Sequence record: NC_054903.1
Origin: Enterobacteria phage GiZh
Reading direction: 5' to 3' (one strand)
Length of the DNA stretch: 64,000 nucleotides
Shown piece by piece: positions 42,567 to 52,001 of this stretch; position 1 is the first letter of the stretch, and the number at the start of each line of letters is the position of its first letter. A program made the position numbers and the translations under genes. Under the pieces are notes generated by a model, which saw only the letters and a list, made by a program, of their open reading frames with translations, searched no databases and was not told where the DNA came from.

Positions 42567-43027
42567 TAGTAAAGGTCCTCAGAGTAAAGTTCTTTTTCAC
42601 TACCACCGCGTTCAATACGTACTTGTCCAGCGTAAGTTGCAATAATCATTGCTTCTTCACGTGTCCAATAATTACTATATTGGTCAATAAACCCTTGGTC
42701 ATCATCACAAACTTGTTGAGTAACTAATTGAGGTTTAACTACATCTAAAACTGCTGCCATATCTTTAGAATAATGACGAGCACCCGGAATAACAAGAATT
42801 CGTCCATCTTTTAATTTAAAACGGTTGGCTGCGCAAACAATCCGTCGTTGGTACTTTTGGTTTTCATCCCAGTATGCAGACTGCCAACAGATTTCCGGAA
42901 CTTCTGCAAGAATATCTTCTTCTGTGCATTTATAACCATGTGCTTTAAACTTTTGAACAAGACTTTCTGGAGTCTCACGAGATAAAGGAATATTCAACAT
43001 TTTTAAACGATTAATAAATGGGTTCAT
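42566..43027 (-). CDS. Hypothetical protein (153 aa)
   Basis: ORF in arn-motA interval. Confidence 0.5.
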   Translation of the reverse strand: MNPFINRLKMLNIPLSRETPESLVQKFKAHGYKCTEEDILAEVPEICWQSAYWDENQKYQRRIVCAANRFKLKDGRILVIPGARHYSKDMAAVLDVVKPQLVTQQVCDDDQGFIDQYSNYWTREEAMIIATYAGQVRIERGGSEKELYSEDLY

Positions 43028-43353
43028 TTAAACCATCCTTTAATACGCTGCCACAAAGTTTTCTGTTGAGCTTTGTTAACACCAATTGAGCGAATAACTG
43101 GTTGAGATTCCTGGAATTCTTTATAATCGGCAAGGTAAATTTCGTAAGCTGCATCCGTAAATGAACTTATCGCTGCCATAAAATTATTGCGAATACCTAC
43201 TGGAGCATCTTTACTTTCACGAATAATCATGTATTTACCAGTCTTAATCTTTACAATAGTTCCAAGATAAGCTCCATGGTACCAAATATCCCAGCCCTCT
43301 TGAGTAGGTTCTGCGCAACGACGAAGTTCATTGACAATTTCTAACTTGTTCAT
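43024..43353 (-). CDS. Hypothetical protein (109 aa)
   Basis: ORF immediately downstream of motA. Confidence 0.5.
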   Translation of the reverse strand: MNKLEIVNELRRCAEPTQEGWDIWYHGAYLGTIVKIKTGKYMIIRESKDAPVGIRNNFMAAISSFTDAAYEIYLADYKEFQESQPVIRSIGVNKAQQKTLWQRIKGWFK

Positions 43354-43363
43354 TATTTATTCC

Positions 43364-43999
43364 TCACAGTTCAGATGCTACAGTGATTACAGCTTCAATG
43401 TTTTCTACTGAGCGTTTAATGTCAAGATACACATTACCGTTTTTAGCGATTTTACATGACATTCCGATATCAGTAAATTTCTGAATATGATGTTCCATCA
43501 TTTTGTATCCAAAAATTCGCATGTTTCCATTGTTGTTAATTTCAAAATTACGAATTCCGTGAGTGCGTTTTTCTAAAATAGCGAGATAGTTACTGCGATA
43601 AGTTTCGACCTTTTTAAGAACAAATCCATTTTCATCTAAAAGTTTTAACATGAGGTCTTTATCTTCTTCCATATCAGAAGTAATCTCACGAGCTTTACGA
43701 GTTGCTCGTTTTTTCAGCAGTTCCGGAGCATTTTCCTGCGCGTATAAAGTTGCTGCGTTTGAAATAATATCCTGAGCTTCACCTGTAATGATTAATCCAT
43801 CACCAGATTTCTCCACCAGGCCTTTTTTAATCAATACCCCAATATTACTATTAACTACTGCGTTACCTAAATCTGGATGCACCTCACGAACTTCTGCAGC
43901 TGTAATGAAATCTTTCTTAGCAATGGTAATTAAAATCGCAGCAGTTTTTTCATTCAGAACATCGTTAGAAGCTTTGATGATGTAAGTTACTTTAGACAT
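43364..43999 (-). CDS. motA: Middle-transcription activator MotA
   Basis: 211 aa as in T4 MotA; early-type promoter at 44030-44070 upstream. Confidence 0.85.
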   Translation of the reverse strand: MSKVTYIIKASNDVLNEKTAAILITIAKKDFITAAEVREVHPDLGNAVVNSNIGVLIKKGLVEKSGDGLIITGEAQDIISNAATLYAQENAPELLKKRATRKAREITSDMEEDKDLMLKLLDENGFVLKKVETYRSNYLAILEKRTHGIRNFEINNNGNMRIFGYKMMEHHIQKFTDIGMSCKIAKNGNVYLDIKRSVENIEAVITVASEL

Positions 44000-44029
44000 T
44001 TTCTAATCTCCGTAATTCTGTATCAGTAG

Positions 44030-44070
44030 TTGATAGTTGTATAGTACCACAGTATGCTTTGGTTGTAAAC
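44030..44070 (-). promoter_or_regulatory. T4 early-type promoter upstream of motA
   Basis: Conserved cassette ...cagtagttgatagttgtatagtaccac...ggttgtaaac (rc gives -35 TTTACA and -10 region). Confidence 0.5.
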
Positions 44071-44100
44071 CGTTTTGTGAAAAAATTTTAAAATAAAAAA

Positions 44101-44120
44101 GGGAGAGCCTCGGCTCTCCC
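44101..44120 (-). terminator. Rho-independent terminator downstream of gene 52 cluster
   Basis: GC-rich hairpin gggagagcc/ggctctccc with A8 on plus strand (U-run after the hairpin on the minus transcript). Confidence 0.65.
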
Positions 44121-44125
44121 TAAAA

Positions 44126-44275
44126 TTACTGCATGACAGTTATCACAGTCATGATAACACGTTGAATTCCGAACGCAAGAAGACCTCCTGCTATGGCTGG
44201 AACAACGCCTAAACCCGCCAGTAAAATGCTACCAGATACTAATGCAGCGCTTGTAATACCAATGAATGGACTCAT
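44126..44275 (-). CDS. Small hydrophobic glycine-zipper peptide (49 aa)
   Basis: Unlisted ORF MSPFIGITSAALVSGSILLAGLGVVPAIAGGLLAFGIQ...; ATGA overlap with gene 52 stop. Confidence 0.4.
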   Translation of the reverse strand: MSPFIGITSAALVSGSILLAGLGVVPAIAGGLLAFGIQRVIMTVITVMQ

Positions 44276-45600
44276 TTGATTTCCTCTAAATCTTTGGTGT
44301 ATTCGGTAACTACATCAGTAGTTTTCCAATATTCGTTTTCTTCTTTTTTAGCTTTAGCTTCTTCAGCAAGTTTCTTTGCTTCATCGGAAGTCATATGAAA
44401 AATATTCATTCCAACTAGTTTATCAACATAAGAAGAATACATATCGATTTTCGAAAGTTCTTCGGTCAGTTCTTTACGAGTTTTACCCTGTACAACAATT
44501 TCACCTGAAATTACTTTCTTAATGAAATGTGCCTTGGCAAAGGCTAAACGAAAAGCTGACTCAGTTTCTTTGATTTTGTTATCAATTCGTTTTTGGACAT
44601 AAGTTTTACGAACTTCAACAAAGTCTTTAATTAAATCGACTACGTTATCGTAAACTTGTAGTTTTCCTTTCTCATTAATAACCGTAATATTCTGAGAACG
44701 ACGCTCAATCAACCCAAAGTCTTTCATAATTTTTGCATGGCGTTCTTCTTCATTATCGCTCAAAGAATATTCTTTACGGAATTTAACTTTAAAGCCAAAA
44801 CCATGCTCACCACAAGCATCATCCCATGTAATGAAGCCTTTATCTTCAAGTGGGTCTAAGATTTTACTCACATAAGTTTCACGATCATACTTATACGGAA
44901 TCTCAGTGATATGCATTTGAGTTCGTGAAGTAAACTTATATGTTCCACGAATTTCATATTGCCCATCAATTTCAACGACTTCACCACGAAATTCTGGGAA
45001 TTCTACCTTCGGTTTAGTTACTTTCTTTCCTTGAAGAGCTTGCAGTACAGCTTTCTTAACAGAAGAAACACTATGAGGAAGAATGTAAGTTGCATAACCA
45101 GTTGCAATACCGGAAACGCCATTAAGAAGAACAGTAGGAATAATAGGCAAATAGAAAGCAGGCGGAATGTGTTCTTTATCTTGATGTACCGGAGCATATT
45201 CAGTATCTTTATATACGTTATAGAAATTTTTACTTACACGAGCAAAAATATAACGACTTGCTGCTGCTTTTTGGACGGTACGAGAACCAAAGTTTCCTTG
45301 ACCATCTAACAGAGGAAAATTATTATTCCAAGTGTTAGCCATCAAAGCACCTGCGTCTTGCGCAGAGTTTTCACCATGATGATATCCAAGGTCCGCTACA
45401 CCACCTGCAATAGAAGCGAGTTTGTGAAATTTATCTTTATTTCCTCGTGCCAAATCAAGAGCTCGAGCAATAACAAATCGTTGAACTGGCTTAAATCCGT
45501 CAATCATGTTTGGGATAGCACGATTTTCAACCGTGTACATAGCATAAGCCAATGCTTCATTATCAATGATACTTTTTAAATCGCGATTATTCAGTTGCAT
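44272..45600 (-). CDS. 52: DNA topoisomerase II medium subunit gp52
   Basis: 442 aa as in T4 gp52; GyrA-like cleavage-religation domain. Confidence 0.9.
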   Translation of the reverse strand: MQLNNRDLKSIIDNEALAYAMYTVENRAIPNMIDGFKPVQRFVIARALDLARGNKDKFHKLASIAGGVADLGYHHGENSAQDAGALMANTWNNNFPLLDGQGNFGSRTVQKAAASRYIFARVSKNFYNVYKDTEYAPVHQDKEHIPPAFYLPIIPTVLLNGVSGIATGYATYILPHSVSSVKKAVLQALQGKKVTKPKVEFPEFRGEVVEIDGQYEIRGTYKFTSRTQMHITEIPYKYDRETYVSKILDPLEDKGFITWDDACGEHGFGFKVKFRKEYSLSDNEEERHAKIMKDFGLIERRSQNITVINEKGKLQVYDNVVDLIKDFVEVRKTYVQKRIDNKIKETESAFRLAFAKAHFIKKVISGEIVVQGKTRKELTEELSKIDMYSSYVDKLVGMNIFHMTSDEAKKLAEEAKAKKEENEYWKTTDVVTEYTKDLEEIK

Positions 45601-45604
45601 AAAT

Positions 45605-45745
45605 TTACCATACTAGTGAATGTAGTGCCATAATAACATCAGAAATGAAAAGCACGACTTGAATTAATCCGAACATTACTCCATAATATAGTGCTACTAA
45701 TAAAGTAGCAAGGGCTAATGAATAGCCCAAGATTTTCTTAATCAT
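45605..45745 (-). CDS. Small hydrophobic peptide (46 aa)
   Basis: Unlisted ORF MIKKILGYSLALATLLVALYYGVMFGLIQVV... Confidence 0.35.
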   Translation of the reverse strand: MIKKILGYSLALATLLVALYYGVMFGLIQVVLFISDVIMALHSLVW

Positions 45746-45896
45746 TAGTAGATAACAACACAAATGTTAAATATGCACACATACCCTGGGCTAAAGCTTG
45801 TGAAAACACACTGCTAGCATCGATACAGATAGTTAAAACACATGCTACTATCCAACAAATAAATGAAATAACTCCTAATAATTTTGCGATATTCAT
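45738..45896 (-). CDS. ac: Small membrane protein, probable Ac (acridine sensitivity)
   Basis: Unlisted 52-aa hydrophobic ORF between 52 and stp, as T4 ac (about 51 aa). Confidence 0.45.
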   Translation of the reverse strand: MNIAKLLGVISFICWIVACVLTICIDASSVFSQALAQGMCAYLTFVLLSTND

Positions 45897-45903
45897 ATTT
45901 TCC

Positions 45904-45984
45904 TCACTGGCGTCCGAAGACGCCTTTAGTTTTAAGATTGTTACGATAAAACTGCATCACATGTTCGTTGTGGAAATTACTCAT
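45904..45984 (-). CDS. stp: Stp peptide (suppressor of three-prime phosphatase; activator of PrrC anticodon nuclease)
   Basis: Unlisted 26-codon ORF translating to [26 protein letters not shown], which matches T4 Stp as recalled; start overlaps ndd stop. Confidence 0.85.
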
Positions 45985-46427
45985 TAATATGCCTGCAAAA
46001 CGAATTTAAAGTTATCAGCCAACATACGGTTCATTTCTTCAAGTGTTTGATACTCAGAATGATGATTACGAGTAAACGCCAAAGCTAACTGACCTTTACC
46101 AAATCCTGTCGTCAGAGGTTTCATCTTAGAAGCAGGCAGATAAAATACTGTGTATGGAACATTGTTATTTGCAATAGTACGCGCAAGTTGAGACCGGCGT
46201 TGACGAATATGACTTAGAACTGCGCTGAATCCTTGCTTAGAACGCTGATTACCCACATAAAATCGTGCGGATACGCATGAACCATCGAATTCATTTACTA
46301 AAAAGTAAAATCCAGGTTTAGATAAAATATCTTTATGCGGAGTTCCCAAAAACCACTCACCGCCCTTGATTGTACCAATAACAGTAGCGCCTGCGTTGTT
46401 CAGATCAGTAACAGCCATATATTTCAT
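45984..46427 (-). CDS. ndd: Nucleoid disruption protein Ndd
   Basis: About 147 aa from [28 protein letters not shown]; position between stp and denB. Confidence 0.8.
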
Positions 46428-46487
46428 TTTAATTTCCTCTAAATTATTTTCTACTCCAAGGCCGCATGAATACATACGGCCGATAAA

Positions 46488-46703
46488 TTAATCGTCGCAG
46501 TCGACGCTCAATTCCCAAAACTCTTCTACAGTATAAGTTTCAGTATCATTTTCAATACAGAAACGTTCATTACTATTATTTGCTAAAGTAGCATTAACTG
46601 TCGGTTTCTCGCTAGTGCTCTTAAGAGGTGAAATACGAATTAACTGATCACCATTATCTAAACAGAAAATTTCACCAACTTTTACATCTTTAAAACTTTT
46701 CAT
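46488..46703 (-). CDS. Hypothetical protein (71 aa)
   Basis: ORF in ndd-denB interval. Confidence 0.45.
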   Translation of the reverse strand: MKSFKDVKVGEIFCLDNGDQLIRISPLKSTSEKPTVNATLANNSNERFCIENDTETYTVEEFWELSVDCDD

Positions 46704-46818
46704 AATTCACCTCAAGGAGTATAAAATCCAAATGCAGTTGTTGACCATCCCATCCAATATGGGAAATTTGCACCAATGTAAAACATGAGAATATAAAACC
46801 AACCACTCAGCAAATTCA

Positions 46819-47037
46819 TCATTTTACACCATTCCAAATTGTTTCAACCACAGATTTTAAACCATTTTGATGAATATCCATTCCGACTACCGCCATCAAA
46901 TAGATTCCAACTACAACTGAACCTAAGGCAAAAATCAGCATGAAAATGAATAAAGCCGGAAAAATATTATCGAAAAACCATTCAATAAATGTAAAAGCAC
47001 TACGTTTACGCTTCATATTTTCCTCACATAAATCCAA
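46819..47037 (-). CDS. Small membrane protein (72 aa or shorter)
   Basis: Hydrophobic core FPALFIFMLIFALGSVVVGIYLMAVVG. Confidence 0.45.
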   Translation of the reverse strand: MDLCEENMKRKRSAFTFIEWFFDNIFPALFIFMLIFALGSVVVGIYLMAVVGMDIHQNGLKSVVETIWNGVK

Positions 47038-47136
47038 AATAAGCGTTTAATACATCAATCATTAAAACGATTGGGAATATACTCAAAACTACTAGTATTA
47101 TAACTACATTCCATATAGCTTTAATAATCTTTTTCA
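47024..47136 (-). CDS. Small membrane peptide (about 37 aa from MKKIIKAIWNVV)
   Basis: Listed 69-aa ORF reads through the promoter cassette; likely true start is the internal Met. Confidence 0.35.
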
Positions 47137-47379
47137 TTTTCTGTTCCTCCGTAGTTGATAGGGTAATAGTACCACGGAAGAACAGTCTTGTAAACAACTT
47201 TTTAAAAATATTCGTAATAAATGTGAATACCAACTACTACCGCTGAAACCTGTGCAACCCACCACGCACAAGCAATAAGTACAGAATTCAAAATTTTCAT
47301 AATAACCTCATCACAAAAGTAAATGTTAAACAAATTACTGGAATACTAATTAACCAAACAAAACACCACCATAATGAAC

Positions 47380-47643
47380 TCATAGCTCAATCTCAGCGAT
47401 TTTCATTTCATTACTATTAATAGCCTCTTTAAGACTATCTGAAAGAATTACATTCCAGTGGTCATTCATATGACCATTAACTAAGCGTGTAATTTCTTCA
47501 GGAGTTGAAAAATAAGGCTGATCAGACTCCCAATGCGATAATCCTAAGCGAGTATAAATCATGCCTTCATCATCGCTCGAATATTCAACTGACACAAACT
47601 CATCAGTTATTTTATGCTTAGCATAATAAAATTTAAATTTCAT
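47380..47643 (-). CDS. Hypothetical protein (about 87 aa from MKFKFYYAKHK)
   Basis: Listed 120-aa ORF reads through early-promoter cassette 47662-47707; internal Met preceded by GGAG. Confidence 0.45.
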   Translation of the reverse strand: MKFKFYYAKHKITDEFVSVEYSSDDEGMIYTRLGLSHWESDQPYFSTPEEITRLVNGHMNDHWNVILSDSLKEAINSNEMKIAEIEL

Positions 47644-47723
47644 TTTACTCTCCAAATCCGTATCAGTTGATAGTTGTATAGTACCACGGTCCTTGTGGTA
47701 TGTAAACCGTTTTGTGAAAATTT

Positions 47724-48281
47724 TTAAATGGAAAGATACCATCCGTTGTAGTTGCTTTTTCTTACAACCTTACGAAGGTCTTCTCTGTCACCGATGAACT
47801 TCGGAGTGTACTGGATGACACCTGGATGAATTTCTTTAGTGTTGAATATAATTATACAGTCGGCGACTTGATGATTTAGAATGGGCCCTAGATTTATTCC
47901 AGAACCATATGGATACTCTCCGCTGCATCCTGTTGTTACCGAAATCCAACGTGAGTCAGTTTGATGTGTCTTAACTTCTACACGAAGCCCACAGTATTTT
48001 GGATGCGCCAATACATCCCATGCGTATGTATACGGGTCATTAACATCCTCTTGGCCTTTATTAACATACCCGCTTAGCCAATCTGCTACAAAAAATTCTG
48101 CGTACACAGCGATACGGCATCTTTCGATAACTTCTGCCTTATCCTGATTTGGATTTTGTTTTAAAGAGTATCTTGCTGTATCAGCAATTTTGACCTTCAT
48201 TTCACTAGTCAAGTCACTGTTCGATAGGGTAAATGTCGGAATCTGAAATAGTCTCTGTAAACCCGGATTCGTTTTCTGCAT
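47724..48281 (-). CDS. denB: Endonuclease IV
   Basis: 185 aa as in T4 DenB; position between ndd cluster and rIIB. Confidence 0.8.
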   Translation of the reverse strand: MQKTNPGLQRLFQIPTFTLSNSDLTSEMKVKIADTARYSLKQNPNQDKAEVIERCRIAVYAEFFVADWLSGYVNKGQEDVNDPYTYAWDVLAHPKYCGLRVEVKTHQTDSRWISVTTGCSGEYPYGSGINLGPILNHQVADCIIIFNTKEIHPGVIQYTPKFIGDREDLRKVVRKSNYNGWYLSI

Positions 48282-48367
48282 TAAACTTTCCTTTTACGTC
48301 GGAATCACTGATATTCATACAATAAATCATAGTTTCCCTTAAAACAAAAGGGCCGAAGCCCCTTATT

Positions 48368-48562
48368 TTATTTGAATTGTGCAATTCTTTTTTCTAAACA
48401 CTCTGCGTAAGATTTCATTGAGATGAACTGTGAAAGTAGAAGTTCTTGCTCAACTGCACTAACTGTTAGAAACTTTGTGCTTTCTAAAAATTTGCTCAGT
48501 GCATTAATTTTGAGCATTAATTGATCGTATTCTTCTTTTACTCGTGCTTGATAACCTAACAT
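48368..48562 (-). CDS. Hypothetical protein (64 aa)
   Basis: ORF flanked by two tetraloop hairpins (48343-48358, 48573-48588). Confidence 0.45.
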   Translation of the reverse strand: MLGYQARVKEEYDQLMLKINALSKFLESTKFLTVSAVEQELLLSQFISMKSYAECLEKRIAQFK

Positions 48563-48590
48563 AATTTTCCTTAGTTAAGGGCCAAAGCCC

Positions 48591-49529
48591 TTATTTAAAT
48601 TGTTCAGTAACGTCTTCAACTACTTCGTATTGGCAGGTACGCATTTTAGCATCGTTGTAATCAATCGGAATTGATACTACATCACGTGGATGTACTTTAA
48701 CTTTTACAACTCGGCTGGTTGAACTGCCAAAGTGACGAATATAAGATTTAGAACACACATGCAGACCACGAGAACAAGTTTGTGTATCATCGTCATTCAC
48801 ACGAGTACGCGGCATTTTAACTACTTTACCAGGACTGTTATCAAAGGTGTTTGAGTGACAGTCAAAGTAGTTGTCACGAACTACTTTCCAAGCATAGAAG
48901 TAACCATCTTCTGTAATTTCAATATCGTTTGCTACCAAGAAATCAAAGAGTCGAGATACCGCTTTCTGGCTTGGGTTTTCCAGCAGATTTTCCAAGAACG
49001 GAAAATAAAATTCAAAGTTTTCACCTTTTTCCATCGAATCGAGAATACGATCAACTAAACCAGACCGTAATTCGATATTTTGATAGAACAAGCTTCCGCC
49101 TTCAATTCGAACATCGCCGGAAATATATTTTTCAACAGCGCGACGAACATTAATTTTTTGTGCCGCTTCTTCCAACTTATCTGCTACAAGCAGATTAAGA
49201 ATTTCCTGGAAGTTTGAATGAGTATTAGGAGTTGCGTTATAAGTTACACCGTCAACAGTAATTGAAATGAATTTTTTAGATGCATTCCAAATAATGTCAG
49301 ATTTAGCAACTGGAGCAATAACTGCATCGCTATTAACTTTAATTGTAATATCACCGCTAATAGTAACTTTAGAGCGTTTAGCTTCTTCAGCATTTTTCAA
49401 AACACGACGAATTGTGTCAACCGATACACCTTGCCAATCAGCCAATTCCTGTTGGGTGTAATTACCACTTGAATACAGCTTAACAATTTCAGCTTGTTCG
49501 TTTTTGGTCAGGCATTTAATATTGTACAT
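48591..49529 (-). CDS. rIIB: RIIB
   Basis: 312 aa as in T4 rIIB; immediately downstream of rIIA. Confidence 0.9.
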   Translation of the reverse strand: MYNIKCLTKNEQAEIVKLYSSGNYTQQELADWQGVSVDTIRRVLKNAEEAKRSKVTISGDITIKVNSDAVIAPVAKSDIIWNASKKFISITVDGVTYNATPNTHSNFQEILNLLVADKLEEAAQKINVRRAVEKYISGDVRIEGGSLFYQNIELRSGLVDRILDSMEKGENFEFYFPFLENLLENPSQKAVSRLFDFLVANDIEITEDGYFYAWKVVRDNYFDCHSNTFDNSPGKVVKMPRTRVNDDDTQTCSRGLHVCSKSYIRHFGSSTSRVVKVKVHPRDVVSIPIDYNDAKMRTCQYEVVEDVTEQFK

Positions 49530-49540
49530 AATTTTCCTTA

Positions 49541-51718
49541 TTAGGCCGCAAGGGCCTTCATAGTTTTAGCGATTTGGGAAACTTCATCATCACTTAAAGA
49601 GTTGCGATAACCGATGAAGTCGGAAACAATACGGAATTTCTTGGTAAACTCAGCAACCATTTTATCACTATTTTTTGAAGCATTACGTGATAATTCATCA
49701 AAGAGATTAGTTACTGTCCAGATATCATGACCGATGGTATCTTTTCCACCATTGAAATACACACCGCGTAATGAACTAACCATATTACCAAGTCGTGTAT
49801 ATTCTTCAGAAACTTCATCTGTACTGAAGTACTTCATCATAAAATCTAGTTCAGGATACTTGATAATTTTATCAATATATCGTTGAGCTGAACTTGAATA
49901 ACCTACATACTTATCATAATCTACATCATCAAAAGCATCTACATATAAATCACGCAAAGCTTCAAAAATACATTGGCACTGACCGAGTTCTTTTACCTTT
50001 TTCTGTAAAAGCGGACGAATAACATAAAATTCATTAATGCCAATAAGATTAGCCATACGAATCAAAATATTCATAGATGGATGACAAAGTGATGTAGTAC
50101 CATCCATAGAGAAAATATCAGAACGATGCATATACGCTACATAACCAGTAATTTCATCTGCTTCTGACGTAAGTGTAAATAATTCCTCTTTTTCCCAACG
50201 CCCATCTTTAATTTCAAACTTAAATGCTGTAGCAGCTTTAGGACGAGGAGCTTTACTTTTAACTACCTTTGGAATATAGCTTTTAACTAAAGCTTCAATT
50301 TCTGACAAATAATGAATGTTAACTTCATCACTTTCAAACATTGCCATAATATCAGGTAGTAAATCAATCTGCGATTCTACTTCCGGATTAATAAACAGAA
50401 GACGCTCATTGTGATGAATATTTAAAGTGTTATTAAATTCACTATCATCTAGCGCATGTGCTAATCCACGGACAATATTAACACGATTTTTAATATTATC
50501 AATAACGATATTAATTTTTGTTGTATTAATACCAAACAGACGATAACTTGACGCAACGGCTGATGTTTCATGACTTTGCTTAATGCGCTTCAGTCGAGGG
50601 TCAAGATTTACTTCATACACAACTCCTGCATTACATAACTTACTGTCAGGTTCAAACATGCTCTGCATTTTCTTATATGACAGATTTTTAGTCGTGAATT
50701 TGACTGAATTACTAATCATATAATCTCGAGCAGAATACCCCATCTTCATCAATTCACGATATGTGTGACGAGGAGATGTAGATTCTTTAAATCGTTTTAC
50801 ATCTTCATTAAATGCTTTCTCACTAAGCTCTTTAACTCGTTCAATGATATTTTTACGAGTGCGATCATCTAGTGAAAGAGCCTCGCGAGATGGAGCAATA
50901 TCAAGTGAACCCATTGGAAACTTAATGTAATTCACTTCATTGCGAATGCTTAGCCAGTTACGGTCTCTAATAACACCATCGATAGGATAAACAATACCGC
51001 CATAGATAGCATATAATCCACCACGATCAGGCCAGTATCTTTCTGGATTTACACCATAATAATCATCAAAATCAGGAAAATAATCAATTTCGCGGTCAAG
51101 ACCATTAATGATAGCCAAATCTTTGAACGGTCGCATGATATAAGAAACTTCATAAGCAAAGTTTCTAAAGTCTTTTTCTTCAACTGGAACTACGATTTCA
51201 ATACCAGTTTTATCATCTGGACCCATTTCTTTTACGAATGTAGGTTTAATCTGTGGGCCATCACCATCCATGTAAGCTACATAACCACGAATTTCACCTT
51301 TATGATACGAAGTAATACTAAACGTATCAGTATAACTAAACGGAGATTTAGAACCTAAACCAAATCCGCCAATAAAGTCATTAGATTCAGCCTTAGATGA
51401 ACTGAAGTATGAATTATACAGCCCAGGAGAATTATCATCACCCTGAATATCAAAATCACTCATACCCGGACCAAAATCTCGACAAACAAATCGTGGATCT
51501 AATCGTCCTGGAACTTGAATGATAAATTTTTCAGGATTTCCATTAAGTGCATGAGCATCAATCATGTTAGTAATCAATTCACGGACTACTGCGCGAATCT
51601 TGTTTGTATACAAATCAGATGACAGAATTTTAAATACTTTAGGATTTGCTGCGATGCTAAATGCTTTTGATTTAGAACCATTGCCAAGAATTGTTTCTTT
51701 TTCAGTGGTGATAATCAT
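49541..51718 (-). CDS. rIIA: RIIA
   Basis: 725 aa as in T4 rIIA; GHKL-ATPase-like N-terminal region. Confidence 0.9.
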   Translation of the reverse strand: MIITTEKETILGNGSKSKAFSIAANPKVFKILSSDLYTNKIRAVVRELITNMIDAHALNGNPEKFIIQVPGRLDPRFVCRDFGPGMSDFDIQGDDNSPGLYNSYFSSSKAESNDFIGGFGLGSKSPFSYTDTFSITSYHKGEIRGYVAYMDGDGPQIKPTFVKEMGPDDKTGIEIVVPVEEKDFRNFAYEVSYIMRPFKDLAIINGLDREIDYFPDFDDYYGVNPERYWPDRGGLYAIYGGIVYPIDGVIRDRNWLSIRNEVNYIKFPMGSLDIAPSREALSLDDRTRKNIIERVKELSEKAFNEDVKRFKESTSPRHTYRELMKMGYSARDYMISNSVKFTTKNLSYKKMQSMFEPDSKLCNAGVVYEVNLDPRLKRIKQSHETSAVASSYRLFGINTTKINIVIDNIKNRVNIVRGLAHALDDSEFNNTLNIHHNERLLFINPEVESQIDLLPDIMAMFESDEVNIHYLSEIEALVKSYIPKVVKSKAPRPKAATAFKFEIKDGRWEKEELFTLTSEADEITGYVAYMHRSDIFSMDGTTSLCHPSMNILIRMANLIGINEFYVIRPLLQKKVKELGQCQCIFEALRDLYVDAFDDVDYDKYVGYSSSAQRYIDKIIKYPELDFMMKYFSTDEVSEEYTRLGNMVSSLRGVYFNGGKDTIGHDIWTVTNLFDELSRNASKNSDKMVAEFTKKFRIVSDFIGYRNSLSDDEVSQIAKTMKALAA

Positions 51719-51728
51719 AATTTCCTCA

Positions 51729-52001
51729 TTAATTCATATTACGTTTAATAACTTCAGCAACTTCTAGTAGTTCATCTTTAGTTGCGGTGTCGGATTGAAT
51801 TTTATCTCTAATATCTTTAAAGCGGTTTTTAAATTCTTCGGCTTCTCCCATATCGAAAAAGCGTTGAATGATTCTATATTCTCGATGAACTGCTTTATCA
51901 AAAAGTTCTAAATTTACTCTATATGATTTCATTTCAATATCCTCATTTGCCCAATTAATTATACCACATCCTTGTGTAAAGTAAACTACTGGCTCATCCA
52001 T
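51729..52001 (-). CDS. Hypothetical protein (90 aa)
   Basis: ORF between gene 39 and rIIA. Confidence 0.5.
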   Translation of the reverse strand: MDEPVVYFTQGCGIINWANEDIEMKSYRVNLELFDKAVHREYRIIQRFFDMGEAEEFKNRFKDIRDKIQSDTATKDELLEVAEVIKRNMN

